A stretch of DNA of 64,000 bases, taken from assembly GCA_023475225.1 (NCBI GenBank), contig JAMCVK010000028.1:9962-73961 (forward strand), in the 5' to 3' direction. The stretch comes from Chloroflexota bacterium (GTDB lineage Bacteria > Chloroflexota > UBA6077 > FW602-bin22 > JAMCVK01). A program made the position numbers and the translations under genes. The notes under the pieces are model-generated. The model was given only the letters and a program-made list of their open reading frames with translations. It was not told the DNA's origin and searched no databases. Below, in pieces: positions 17,925-27,082 of this stretch (the first letter of the stretch is position 1; each line of letters begins with the position of its first letter).

Positions 17925-18022
17925 GATGTAGCCAAGAGAGATGCTCACTCGTCATTGCCATCGCCATACCTCTGCTGAGGAGGGCAAGCCAGCAGGCTTG
18001 GGGGTTAGGGAGATTGTTGAAC

Positions 18023-18155
18023 AACGGGGGTTCCAAGGGGGCGCAGCCCCTTTGGCAGGGGTCTGGGGATGTGCCCCAGAGCACAAAAAGAAAGCCCGCA
18101 GGGCACCTTGAACCCCCTGCGGGGGTTTGGGGGAGATGGTTTGGGGGAGATATTC
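18023..18155 (+). repeat. Copy B of the GC-rich multi-hairpin intergenic repeat.
   Basis: Aligns base for base with 10336..10453 apart from a few substitutions and an internal 15-nt duplication (gatggtttgggggagat). It ends 28 nt before the 18183 start codon. Confidence 0.8.
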
Positions 18156-18182
18156 ATCACTCTCCTAGGGAGCTAAGAACCC

Positions 18183-19424
18183 ATGCGCATCCTTATGTTA
18201 AACCATAACGTTGTCTGGCGCAGCACCTTCTATCGCTGTTTTAACTTCGCCAAGCAGCTGGTCAGGAGGGGGCACGAACTCACGGTGGTGACCATTTCAC
18301 CCATCAGGCGCATGGGTTTCAAGGAGTATTTCCAAGACGGCGTCAAGATCGTTGAATCGCCTGATACGCTCTGGGGAATCATGCGCACCGGTTGGGACCC
18401 CTGGGATACCCTCATGCGATTGCTCCGCCTGCGCCACGAGCCCTACGATTTAGTGCATGGCTTTGATTGTCGTCCAGTAGTTATCTTCCCTTCCCTTTTC
18501 ACTAAAAATAAATGGGGGATACCCTTCGTCTCCGACTGGGCCGATTGGTGGGGGAAGGGAGGGGTCATCGAGGAGCGACCAAATAAATTAATCAAGATCT
18601 TCTTTGGAGCAGTAGAGACCTACTTCGAGGAGGGCTTCCGCCATAAGGCTGATGCTCTAACAGTGATCAGTACGGCCCTGCGGGAACGAGCCAGGGGGCT
18701 CGGTATACCAGCGGAGAGGATCCTCCATCTTCCTGGCGGGTCCGACGTCGAAACCTGGATACCGTTACCAAAGGATAAAGTAAGGGCCGAGGTGGGGCTC
18801 TCACCAGATGATAAGGTGGCGGCCTTCTCTGGCTTCGTCCACTATGACCTGGAGCTGGTCCTGCGCTCATTTGGCAAGGTGTGTCAAACTTTCCCCAAAG
18901 CGAGGCTCATCCTTACAGGCCAGAGCTCGCCCCTGACAGGCAAAATAGGGAGGGAGATGGACATCGTTGATAACATCATGGACTTGGGCATCGTCCCTTA
19001 CCAGGAGGTGGGCAAATACGTCTCTTGCGCCGACGTTTGCCTCTTGCCCTTCGCCAATAAAATTGCTAATATTGGGCGCTGGCCAAATAAGGTGGGCGAC
19101 TATATGGCCCTGGGACAGCCGATCGTCTCTAACCCCGTCGGTGATATAAAGACCCTATTTGAGAGCGAACGCATCGGATTACTAGCCCAGGATAACGCCG
19201 AGGACTTCGCCGCCAAGATCGTTCAGCTACTTGATGATCCTCATTTGGCCGCGGAGATGGGGGAGAATGCCCGCCGAGTGGCCTTAGAAAAATATTCCTA
19301 TGAGCAATTGGCCCGTCGCCTGGAGAATTATTATCACACTATCCTTGATTCCAAAGGCTCCACCATCGGCGATGTGGGGATGCTTAGCAACAGAGGTGGA
19401 CAGGGGTCTGGGAGCGTCCCCTAG
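18183..19424 (+). CDS. Glycosyltransferase, GT4 family.
   Basis: 413 aa. MRILMLNH... N-terminus and a GT-B C-terminal half (..ADVCLLPF...). The last ~10 codons run into repeat copy C. Confidence 0.75.
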   Translation: MRILMLNHNVVWRSTFYRCFNFAKQLVRRGHELTVVTISPIRRMGFKEYFQDGVKIVESPDTLWGIMRTGWDPWDTLMRLLRLRHEPYDLVHGFDCRPVVIFPSLFTKNKWGIPFVSDWADWWGKGGVIEERPNKLIKIFFGAVETYFEEGFRHKADALTVISTALRERARGLGIPAERILHLPGGSDVETWIPLPKDKVRAEVGLSPDDKVAAFSGFVHYDLELVLRSFGKVCQTFPKARLILTGQSSPLTGKIGREMDIVDNIMDLGIVPYQEVGKYVSCADVCLLPFANKIANIGRWPNKVGDYMALGQPIVSNPVGDIKTLFESERIGLLAQDNAEDFAAKIVQLLDDPHLAAEMGENARRVALEKYSYEQLARRLENYYHTILDSKGSTIGDVGMLSNRGGQGSGSVP

Positions 19425-19462
19425 CGGATCCAAAAACGAGACCAAAGGGCACCCTGAACCCC
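19401..19462 (+). repeat. Copy C (degenerate, partial) of the multi-hairpin repeat.
   Basis: caggggtctggga..cccctag...aaaaacgagaccaaagggcaccctgaacccc matches caggggtctgggg..ccccagag..aaaaagaaagcccgcagggcaccttgaacccc in copies A and B. It lies 53 nt upstream of the 19515 start. Confidence 0.6.
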
Positions 19463-19514
19463 TTTTACGGAGGATGATGAACAACCTCTGAATACTTTAG
19501 GGAGGTACTTCGCC

Positions 19515-22500
19515 TTGCACGATACTCAACAAAGCGGCAGTGACCGATCAACCGTTCCAGCCGCTAAAATGACCACGTTCATAGACCGCCTCAAGCAAGT
19601 GGTAAAGGGTGAAACCTTGTTGCTACTCACCCTCCTAGCCCTGGGAACAGCCCTCCGTATCTACGGATTGGACGCCAAGAGCTTCTGGGGCGATGAGATA
19701 ATCGTGATGAACGATACTCACCTTGCCAACTACTGGCAGCGCATGTGGGGGCGCCTTGATCCCATCCTCGGTAACGCCGTAATTTACCTCTTTGTACACC
19801 TACGGGAAAATGAATTTACGGCCAGGCTGCCGGCGGCCATCTCCGGCATCGTGATGATCTTCCTCGCCTATAAGCTGGGGAGGCTGCTCTTCAACAAAGA
19901 GGTGGGGCTACTCAGTGCCTTCCTCCTGGCCATCTCCACTTTTCATATCGAGTATTCGCAAGAGGCGCGCTATTACGCCTTCTATGGCATGCTCGCCTTG
20001 TTATCTCTCTACTACTTCTTCCGCGCTATTGCTGATAACCGGATGACGAACTGGATTGGCTACGCCGTTTCGACCACATTGTGTATGTACACTCATATAT
20101 TTACCTTCACCCTGGTAGCCAGCCAGGTCATCCTCTTTGCCCTTCTGTTCCTGGCCGACAGGAGCACCATCCGACGCTGGCTCGCTTTCAATGACGTCAG
20201 ATGGAAAACAGTCCTGGGATTTGGACTGAGCCTGGTCAGCATCTTCGTCGCCAGCCTACCCTGGCTTATGTCAACACCTCTCTTGAAGGTCGGCCTGGGC
20301 CTCACCCCCATCGCCATCATCCAGCACGGCATGGCTGGAAGCGGACCGGGCACGCCCTATGCCAGGTTCAGCCTCGATCTTCTCCAGAACACCTTCCGTG
20401 AATTCAGCAACGATTTCACCCTGTATGGAATCGCTTTTCTCATTGGTTTGGTCGCTTCTATCCGAAGACAACGGGAAAAGGGGCTATCCCTGCTCCTGCT
20501 GACCATCCTGACCATCTGGTTCATCGTTTTGGCTATGCAGGCCGTGGGCGAGTACTTTGCCGTTCGCCGCATCCTCTTCCTGTTGCCACTTGTCCTCATT
20601 CTCGTGGCCAATGGCATAGCCGAGCTGGCTCGCTTGATCAGATTCCTGACCCGACGCTACGTATTGGTTCACCAATACGCCCTGGCCGCCGTCTTCACTA
20701 TCGCTGTCGTCCTATTCACTGGCCTGAGCGTACCTCAATTGAGAGAGTATTACCTATCCCCTAAGGTTCAGGACTGGAGAGCTTTGGCCCACTTCCTGGA
20801 GGCCAACGTTCAACCTGGCGATGCGGTGTTCGTCTCCTCCGCACAGGAATACCCATACCTAACTTACTATTACAAAAGCAAAGTTTTGGATCACCCTGGG
20901 GACCTGGCCCAGATCCAGTCAAAATATGAGAGGGCGTGGCTGGTCTATGGTTACTGGGGAGCAGGGAAGTCCGAACAGCGATGGCTTGACCATAATGCAG
21001 CGGCCATTCCCTTCGCTGGCACTTATCTCTATTATGTTGGGCCGGAGACACATAAAGTGGGAACGGCCATTGATAAGGGCATCTCTTTGTTAAAAGAGGC
21101 CCTCAAGATAGCACCTAATGGCTACGCCTTACACGTTGCTCTGGGTGACCTCTACCTCATACGCGGCGAGACAGAAGAGGCGATCAAGGAGTACCGGGCT
21201 GCGCTTGATGTCTATTCAGCCTATGTTCCAGCGCACATGGCCTTAGGCAGGGCCTACCAGGCACTGGGGCAGCTGGATAAGGCTATGGATGAATATAGAG
21301 CAGTCATCAGGATGTATCCGCAGTCGGCTGGCGCATATGGCGGACTCGTATCGGTTTATGTTAAGGCTGGCCAATTAGACAAGGCCCAGGAGGTCGCTGA
21401 TGCTGCAGCTCGCTCGTGCACGGAGGGGAGCGGTCCGGCCTGGATTCATGTCTTCCTTGGCAATGTCTATCAAAGCAAGGGAGAGTCAGATAAAGCTATC
21501 GCCATATGGGAAAAGGCGGTATCCCTTGACCCCGAGGGAACGGCAGCCGCCCAGGCGCATACGGCTCTGGGCCATCGCTACCTCGAGAGAGGGGATCTGA
21601 ATCGGGCCATTCAGAAGTTCGGCGCAGCAGTCAAAATAAATCCTGATCAGGCTGATGGCCACCGCGGGTTGGCCGTTGTCTACCTGAGGCAGGGGATGAC
21701 AGCTGAGGCCATCGAAGAGTACAAGAAGGTCATAGAAAACGATCGATATTCAGTATGGGGCTATCTAGCGCTGGCTGATATTTACCGCTCTCAGGGCAAG
21801 GCAGATGAGGCCATCGACCTGTACCGTACAGTGATAGCCATCAATCCCAAGATAATAGCCTCCTATGTAGGCTTGGGTGAGAGCTATAAGATAAAGAAAC
21901 AGTGGGAAGAAGCCATCGCCGCATATAATAAGGTCCTGGAGATGGACCAGGATAACGCCCTCGCCTATAGAGGGTTGGGTGATGCCTATCAAGGGCTCGG
22001 CCGGCTGGATGAGGCCATCGCTCGCTACCAAAAGGTGCTCTCCGCCGACCCAGTTAATGAGTGGACCAACTACGGATTGGGCGAGCTCTACCTTAAACAG
22101 GGAAACATGGCCGAGGCCATAAACGCCTTCCAGAAGACTCTCCAGACCAACCCCCAGAACCAGTGGGCCCACCTCAGATTGGGAGAGACCTATGAGAAGC
22201 AGGGGAAGATAGACCTGGCAGAGAAGGAGTATCGCCAGACCCTTGCCGCTGACCCCAACAACGAGTGGGCCAACCTCCACCTGGGCAAACTGTACGAACA
22301 GAAGGAGAGGCTGGATGAGGCCACCGCCGCCTATAAGAAGGTGCTCACCATCAACCCAGCCAACGCCGAGGCCAAACGGGAGCTCCATGGGCTCAGCAAC
22401 GCCTACCGGCTTGCGGCCGATGCCTACAAGTCCCAGGGAAGAATAGCTGAGGCTATAGCCACCTATAAGAAGAGCCTCGACGCCGAGCCGGATAACGAGT

Positions 22501-23732
22501 GGGCCAACTACGGGCTGGGCGAGCTCTACCTCAAACAGGGGAATATCGCCGAGGCCATAAACGCCTTCCAGAAGACCCTCCAGACTAACCCCCAGAACCA
22601 GTGGGCCCACCTCAGATTGGGAGAGACCTATGAGAAACAAGACAAACTAGACCAGGCCATCGAAGAGTACCAGAAGGTCCTCGAATCCAATCCCAACAGC
22701 GAGTGGGCCAACCTCCACCTGGGCAAACTGTACGGCCAAAAGGAGAGGCTAGATGAGGCCACCGCTGCCTATCAGAAGGTGCTCACCCTCAATCCTGATA
22801 ATCAAGAGGCCAGGCAGGGATTGCTTGCCGTAGCCAGCGCCTACCGCACCCAAGGTGATGCCTATAGACAAAAGGGGCAGCTGCCCGAGGCCATCAGCGC
22901 CTATCAGAAAAGCCTCAGCCTTGATACAGAGAACGAATGGGCCAACTATGGGCTGGGTGAGGCCTATTTCCAGATGGGACACGCCACCGAGGCCATAAAC
23001 GCCTTCCAGAAGACTCTCCAAACTAACCCCCAGAACCAATGGGCCCACCTCGGATTGGGAGAGATCTATGAGAAGCAGGAGAAGCTCGACCAGGCTATCG
23101 ACGAGTACCAAAAGGCCCTCAAGGCCAACCCCAACAGCGAGTGGGCCAACCTCCACCTGGGCAACATCTACGCCGGGCAGGAGAAATTGAATGAAGCCAC
23201 CACCTTCTATAAGAAGGTGCTCACCATCGACCCAGCCAACACCGTGGCCAAACAGGGGCTCCAGGGGCTCAGCAACGCCTACCGGCTGCAGGCCGACGCC
23301 TATAAGGCCCAGGGGAAGATGGCTGAGGCCATAGCCACCTACAAGACGAGCCTCTCCACCGACCCGACTAATGAGTGGGCCAACTACGGGCTGGGCGAGC
23401 TCTACCTCAAACAGGGGAATATCGCCGAAGCCATAAACGCCTTCCAGAAGACTCTCCAAACTAACCCCCAGAACCAATGGGCCCACTACGCCCTCGGTGA
23501 GGCCTACCGGAGCCAGGACAAGATCGCTGAGGCTGTGCAGGAATATCTGAAAACCATCGAGATCAATCCCGAGAATGAGTGGGCACACTATAGGTTGGGC
23601 GATATCTATTGGATTCAGGGCAAAAGAGCCGAGGCCATCGCTGAATACAAGAAGGTTCTAGCTATCAATCCGCAAAATGGACCGGCTCAACAAGCCCTAC
23701 AAAGGCTTTTGGCTCAAGGCACAAACCCATAA
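19515..23732 (+). CDS. ArnT/PMT-like (GT-C) polytopic membrane domain fused to a very long TPR array (TMTC-like architecture).
   Basis: 1405 aa. TTG start 9 nt after AGGGAGG. N-terminal ~400 aa are polytopic with LDAKSFWGDE in the first loop. The rest is TPR repeats. Confidence 0.75.
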   Translation: MHDTQQSGSDRSTVPAAKMTTFIDRLKQVVKGETLLLLTLLALGTALRIYGLDAKSFWGDEIIVMNDTHLANYWQRMWGRLDPILGNAVIYLFVHLRENEFTARLPAAISGIVMIFLAYKLGRLLFNKEVGLLSAFLLAISTFHIEYSQEARYYAFYGMLALLSLYYFFRAIADNRMTNWIGYAVSTTLCMYTHIFTFTLVASQVILFALLFLADRSTIRRWLAFNDVRWKTVLGFGLSLVSIFVASLPWLMSTPLLKVGLGLTPIAIIQHGMAGSGPGTPYARFSLDLLQNTFREFSNDFTLYGIAFLIGLVASIRRQREKGLSLLLLTILTIWFIVLAMQAVGEYFAVRRILFLLPLVLILVANGIAELARLIRFLTRRYVLVHQYALAAVFTIAVVLFTGLSVPQLREYYLSPKVQDWRALAHFLEANVQPGDAVFVSSAQEYPYLTYYYKSKVLDHPGDLAQIQSKYERAWLVYGYWGAGKSEQRWLDHNAAAIPFAGTYLYYVGPETHKVGTAIDKGISLLKEALKIAPNGYALHVALGDLYLIRGETEEAIKEYRAALDVYSAYVPAHMALGRAYQALGQLDKAMDEYRAVIRMYPQSAGAYGGLVSVYVKAGQLDKAQEVADAAARSCTEGSGPAWIHVFLGNVYQSKGESDKAIAIWEKAVSLDPEGTAAAQAHTALGHRYLERGDLNRAIQKFGAAVKINPDQADGHRGLAVVYLRQGMTAEAIEEYKKVIENDRYSVWGYLALADIYRSQGKADEAIDLYRTVIAINPKIIASYVGLGESYKIKKQWEEAIAAYNKVLEMDQDNALAYRGLGDAYQGLGRLDEAIARYQKVLSADPVNEWTNYGLGELYLKQGNMAEAINAFQKTLQTNPQNQWAHLRLGETYEKQGKIDLAEKEYRQTLAADPNNEWANLHLGKLYEQKERLDEATAAYKKVLTINPANAEAKRELHGLSNAYRLAADAYKSQGRIAEAIATYKKSLDAEPDNEWANYGLGELYLKQGNIAEAINAFQKTLQTNPQNQWAHLRLGETYEKQDKLDQAIEEYQKVLESNPNSEWANLHLGKLYGQKERLDEATAAYQKVLTLNPDNQEARQGLLAVASAYRTQGDAYRQKGQLPEAISAYQKSLSLDTENEWANYGLGEAYFQMGHATEAINAFQKTLQTNPQNQWAHLGLGEIYEKQEKLDQAIDEYQKALKANPNSEWANLHLGNIYAGQEKLNEATTFYKKVLTIDPANTVAKQGLQGLSNAYRLQADAYKAQGKMAEAIATYKTSLSTDPTNEWANYGLGELYLKQGNIAEAINAFQKTLQTNPQNQWAHYALGEAYRSQDKIAEAVQEYLKTIEINPENEWAHYRLGDIYWIQGKRAEAIAEYKKVLAINPQNGPAQQALQRLLAQGTNP
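22056..23732 (+). repeat. 438-bp (146-codon, four-TPR) super-repeat, about 3.8 copies, inside the 19515 gene.
   Basis: The NEW(A/T)NYGLGE codons recur in frame at 22056, 22494, 22932 and 23370. Long stretches are near-identical at nucleotide level, for example around 22497-22637 versus 23375-23480. Confidence 0.9.
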
Positions 23733-23736
23733 GAAG

Positions 23737-24912
23737 ATGGCCAGAGGCAACCTAAAGGTCATTCTCATTCACAATATCATCTCTCCTCACGTGGTACCCC
23801 AATTCCAGAAACTGGCCCAGAGGCCAGGCCTGGAGCTGAAGGTATACTTTTTGAGCGAGACAGAAGAGAACAGACGCTGGAGGATAAAGCCTGCCTATGG
23901 ATTCGCCTACCAGGTCTTACCTAAAATCACTTTGACGCTCCGCCACCAGGACCTGTTCTCCTATCATATCAATCCCACGGTTATCCTTCACCTTCTCCGG
24001 GATGCGCCAGACGTGGTCGTCAGCGCCGGTTGGGATTCCCTCGCCGCCCAAAGCTCGTTCCTCTTCTGTAAAGTGCGACACCTCCCCTTTGTCCTTTGGT
24101 CCGGAAGCACTATAAACGAACCCAGCTGGCGCAGGGACGTTTCCCTACCTCTGGTCAAATTTATAGTCAGGCATTCTGACGCCTACATCGCCTATGGGAC
24201 GAGGGCCAAAGAGTATCTCATTCACCTGGGAGCGCCTGCTGAGCGGATATTCATCTCCATTAATACTGTTGACACAGAGTATTTCCAGTCAAATAGTATG
24301 ATGTCCGAGGTGGAAAAAGCCGCCCTTACAGAGAGGCTGGGCATTCAGACTACAAAAACGATTCTCTACGTAGGGCAGTTGATCGAAAGAAAAGGAGTCA
24401 CTCACCTATTGAGAGCTTATGCCCTCCTAAAAAGGGAATATTCTGACGTTTCCCTGCTCATCGTCGGCTATGGTTACCAGGAGGGGGAACTGAAGGATAT
24501 CTGCGAGCGAGAACAGATTGAGGACGTCGTTTTCCTGGGGCACATTGATGTTAGCGAAGTACCCAGATTCTACGGACTGGCCGATCTCTTCGTCCTGCCC
24601 TCCAGCGAGGAGGTCTGGGGCTTAGTGATCAATGAAGCGCTGGCCTGTGGTCTCCCAGTGATCACCACGAACAAGGTCGGGGCCTCAGTTGACCTTGTGA
24701 AAGAGGGGAAAAACGGTTATATTGTGGAGGCAGGCAACGTCGTTCAGCTCTACCAGTCCATGAAGAGGGTGATCACTGATACCGCTTTAGCCAAGGCGAT
24801 GGGCGTAGTATCACGGCAGCTAAGTGAAAAGTTCACCATCGACAGCACGGTTGATGGCCTCATTTCAGCCATTAGGTATGCAGCGAACACCAGGAGACGG
24901 GACAGACAATGA
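23737..24912 (+). CDS. Glycosyltransferase, GT4 family.
   Basis: Start taken at MARGNLKVILIHN (ATG 23737), just after the upstream stop at 23732. The listed 23677 start overlaps that gene. GT4 C-terminal motif VLPSSEEVWGLVINEALACGLPVITT. Confidence 0.8.
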   Translation: MARGNLKVILIHNIISPHVVPQFQKLAQRPGLELKVYFLSETEENRRWRIKPAYGFAYQVLPKITLTLRHQDLFSYHINPTVILHLLRDAPDVVVSAGWDSLAAQSSFLFCKVRHLPFVLWSGSTINEPSWRRDVSLPLVKFIVRHSDAYIAYGTRAKEYLIHLGAPAERIFISINTVDTEYFQSNSMMSEVEKAALTERLGIQTTKTILYVGQLIERKGVTHLLRAYALLKREYSDVSLLIVGYGYQEGELKDICEREQIEDVVFLGHIDVSEVPRFYGLADLFVLPSSEEVWGLVINEALACGLPVITTNKVGASVDLVKEGKNGYIVEAGNVVQLYQSMKRVITDTALAKAMGVVSRQLSEKFTIDSTVDGLISAIRYAANTRRRDRQ

Positions 24913-25775
24913 GTGTTGAAGCCACACCACTCGGCCAGGATCAGCTTGCAAAGTATCCCCTTGTGATCATCAAGCCCACGCGTGGCTGGAGGCTCCTCGA
25001 TCTCAAGGAGCTCTGGGAGTATCGAGAGCTTATCTACTTTCTGACTCTACGGGATATCAAAGTTCGTTACAAGCAGACATTAATAGGCATAGGTTGGGCT
25101 ATTTTGCAACCCCTTGGCATGATGCTGGTGTTCACCATTTTTTTTGGCACACTGGCGAAAATCCCCTCGGAGGGAGTTCCTTATCCATTATTTGTATACA
25201 CAGCCTTGTTACCCTGGCAATTGTTCTCCAAGAGCATAAGTGAATCCAGCCAGAGTCTGATTACAGACCAGCGCCTAATTACGCGGGTCTATTTTCCCCG
25301 CTTGATCGTGCCTCTATCCAGCGTTCTGGCAGGCCTACTCGACTTCGCCATCGGATTACTCTTATTGGCCGGTCTCATGGTGTTATACGGTGTCATCCCT
25401 ACAGTTGGCATAGCCTTTATCCCATTGCTCGTACTGTTGATGCTGGCGGTGGCCCTGGGTATCGGCTTTTGGCTTTCGGCCCTGAACCTGGAATACCGCG
25501 ATGTGCAATACGTAGTCCCTTTCTTGAACCAGTTCTGGCTGTTCATCACCCCAGTCGTCTATGGGAGCAGCATGATTCCGCAGCAATGGCGCATCGTCTA
25601 CGCGCTTAACCCGATGGTGGGAGTGATAGAAGGATTCCGTTGGGCATTACTAAGTGCCGGAGAGTGCCCCGGCCTGCTTCTTGCAGTGTCAGGAGGCATT
25701 GCCTTCGCTCTGCTGGTCAGTGGGGTTATGTTCTTCCGCCGTAGGGAACGAACCTTCGTGGACGCTGTAGGCTAA
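24909..25775 (+). CDS. wzm: ABC-2 type polysaccharide/polyol-phosphate export permease (Wzm/TagG-like).
   Basis: 288 aa, 6 predicted TM segments. N-terminal LWEYRELIYFLTLRDIKVRYKQT signature of ABC-2 exporters. Starts with an ATGA overlap with the upstream gene and is followed by the ATPase. Confidence 0.8.
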   Translation: MSVEATPLGQDQLAKYPLVIIKPTRGWRLLDLKELWEYRELIYFLTLRDIKVRYKQTLIGIGWAILQPLGMMLVFTIFFGTLAKIPSEGVPYPLFVYTALLPWQLFSKSISESSQSLITDQRLITRVYFPRLIVPLSSVLAGLLDFAIGLLLLAGLMVLYGVIPTVGIAFIPLLVLLMLAVALGIGFWLSALNLEYRDVQYVVPFLNQFWLFITPVVYGSSMIPQQWRIVYALNPMVGVIEGFRWALLSAGECPGLLLAVSGGIAFALLVSGVMFFRRRERTFVDAVG

Positions 25776-25789
25776 GGAGAGCGTCGAGA

Positions 25790-27073
25790 ATGAGCGAGAT
25801 GGCTATTCAGGTAGAAGGCTTGAGCAAGCGGTATCGCATTGGCGAGTTGCAGCGATATAAAGCCCTGCGCGATACGCTGACTGATGCCATGTATGCGCCC
25901 TTCCGTGCCATCGCCTCAGCGCTGAACGGTCGGCAGTCGCCAGTCGCCAATCGGCAACCAGATACCTACATCTGGGCCTTGAAAGATATTTCCCTGGAGA
26001 TCGACCGAGGCGAGGTTGCGGGCATCATTGGGCGCAATGGTGCCGGGAAGAGCACATTTTTAAAGATTCTCTCTCGTATCACCGAGCCGACTGAGGGGTA
26101 CGCCGTGATTCATGGGCGGGTAGGATCGCTCCTGGAGGTAGGGACCGGTTTCCATCCAGAGCTGACTGGACGGGAGAACGTCTACCTCAATGGAGCCATC
26201 CTGGGGATGAGAAAGACGGAGATCGAGCGCAAGTTCGCTGAGATCGTATCGTTTGCTGAGGTGGAGAAGTTCATAGACACACCGGTGAAATTCTACTCCA
26301 GTGGCATGTACGTCCGCCTCGCCTTTGCTGTCGCCGCCCACCTGGAGCCAGAGATTTTGCTGGTGGACGAAGTGCTGGCGGTTGGGGATATAGCGTTTCA
26401 GCAGAAGTGTTTAGGGAAGATGGGGGATGTAGCACGAGGCGGCCGGACCATACTCTTTGTCAGTCATAATATGGCGGCCATATCTGCCCTATGTTCTAAA
26501 GCATACCTTTTGCACCAGGGGCACATATCAGCCTCTGGCCCAGTGCAAACGGTTATCGAACAGTACTTGAATGAGATGAAGCTACTGGCCGGTGTTTCTC
26601 TAAACGGGCGAACCGACCGCCAGGGTGACGGCAAAATGCGACTCACGGAGGTAGTCATCAGAGACGGAGCTGGGGATCCGATTGAACTGGCCGTCCCAGG
26701 GCAAGACATTACGATTGAAATATATTATGCCGCTCAGGAACTAGCGCCACTCAGGAATGTATCTATGGCCATTGGATTATATGGTATACTGGGGCAATTC
26801 CTGCTCTTTTGCGGAAACGAGATGGTGGGCGAGCCATTCGAAGCCATCCCCCCAAAGGGTAAGATGATCTGCCGAATTCCACGTTTTCCCTTAGCTCCCG
26901 GACGCTATGCTCTGAATCTCCACTGTGAAGTGAACGGGGTCCTGGCTGACTGGGTACAACAGGCCAGTTATCTCACAGTGGCTGAAGGGGATTTCTTCGG
27001 CAGCGGGAGGTTACCACCGTCGAGCCATGGCGGTTTGTTGGTGCCCCACACCTGGAGCTGCGAAGGAGAATAA
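25790..27073 (+). CDS. wzt: Polysaccharide ABC exporter ATP-binding protein (Wzt/TagH-like) with a ~170-aa C-terminal extension (Wzt_C-like glycan-binding domain).
   Basis: Walker A GRNGAGKST, signature YSSGMYVRLAFA, Walker B LLVDEVLAVGD. After about residue 250 there is a beta-rich extension (RLTEVVIRDGAGDPIE...GRYALNLH). Confidence 0.8.
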   Translation: MSEMAIQVEGLSKRYRIGELQRYKALRDTLTDAMYAPFRAIASALNGRQSPVANRQPDTYIWALKDISLEIDRGEVAGIIGRNGAGKSTFLKILSRITEPTEGYAVIHGRVGSLLEVGTGFHPELTGRENVYLNGAILGMRKTEIERKFAEIVSFAEVEKFIDTPVKFYSSGMYVRLAFAVAAHLEPEILLVDEVLAVGDIAFQQKCLGKMGDVARGGRTILFVSHNMAAISALCSKAYLLHQGHISASGPVQTVIEQYLNEMKLLAGVSLNGRTDRQGDGKMRLTEVVIRDGAGDPIELAVPGQDITIEIYYAAQELAPLRNVSMAIGLYGILGQFLLFCGNEMVGEPFEAIPPKGKMICRIPRFPLAPGRYALNLHCEVNGVLADWVQQASYLTVAEGDFFGSGRLPPSSHGGLLVPHTWSCEGE

Positions 27074-27082
27074 GGAGTCATT

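Noticed and set aside
21765-23588. Long antisense ORFs (291 aa at 21765..22640 and 279 aa at 22749..23588) opposite the TPR array.
   Set aside because: They lie entirely inside the strongly supported 1405-aa + strand gene. Their low-complexity G/L/V/E-rich translations repeat with the same 438-bp period. They have no start context. They are a by-product of the repetitive, GC3-rich sense codons.
14354-23732. I checked whether the tandem repeats (66-bp x2, 438-bp x3.8) could be a CRISPR array or a minisatellite outside genes.
   Set aside because: Both lie in frame inside long ORFs. They have no repeat-spacer organisation and no cas genes nearby.
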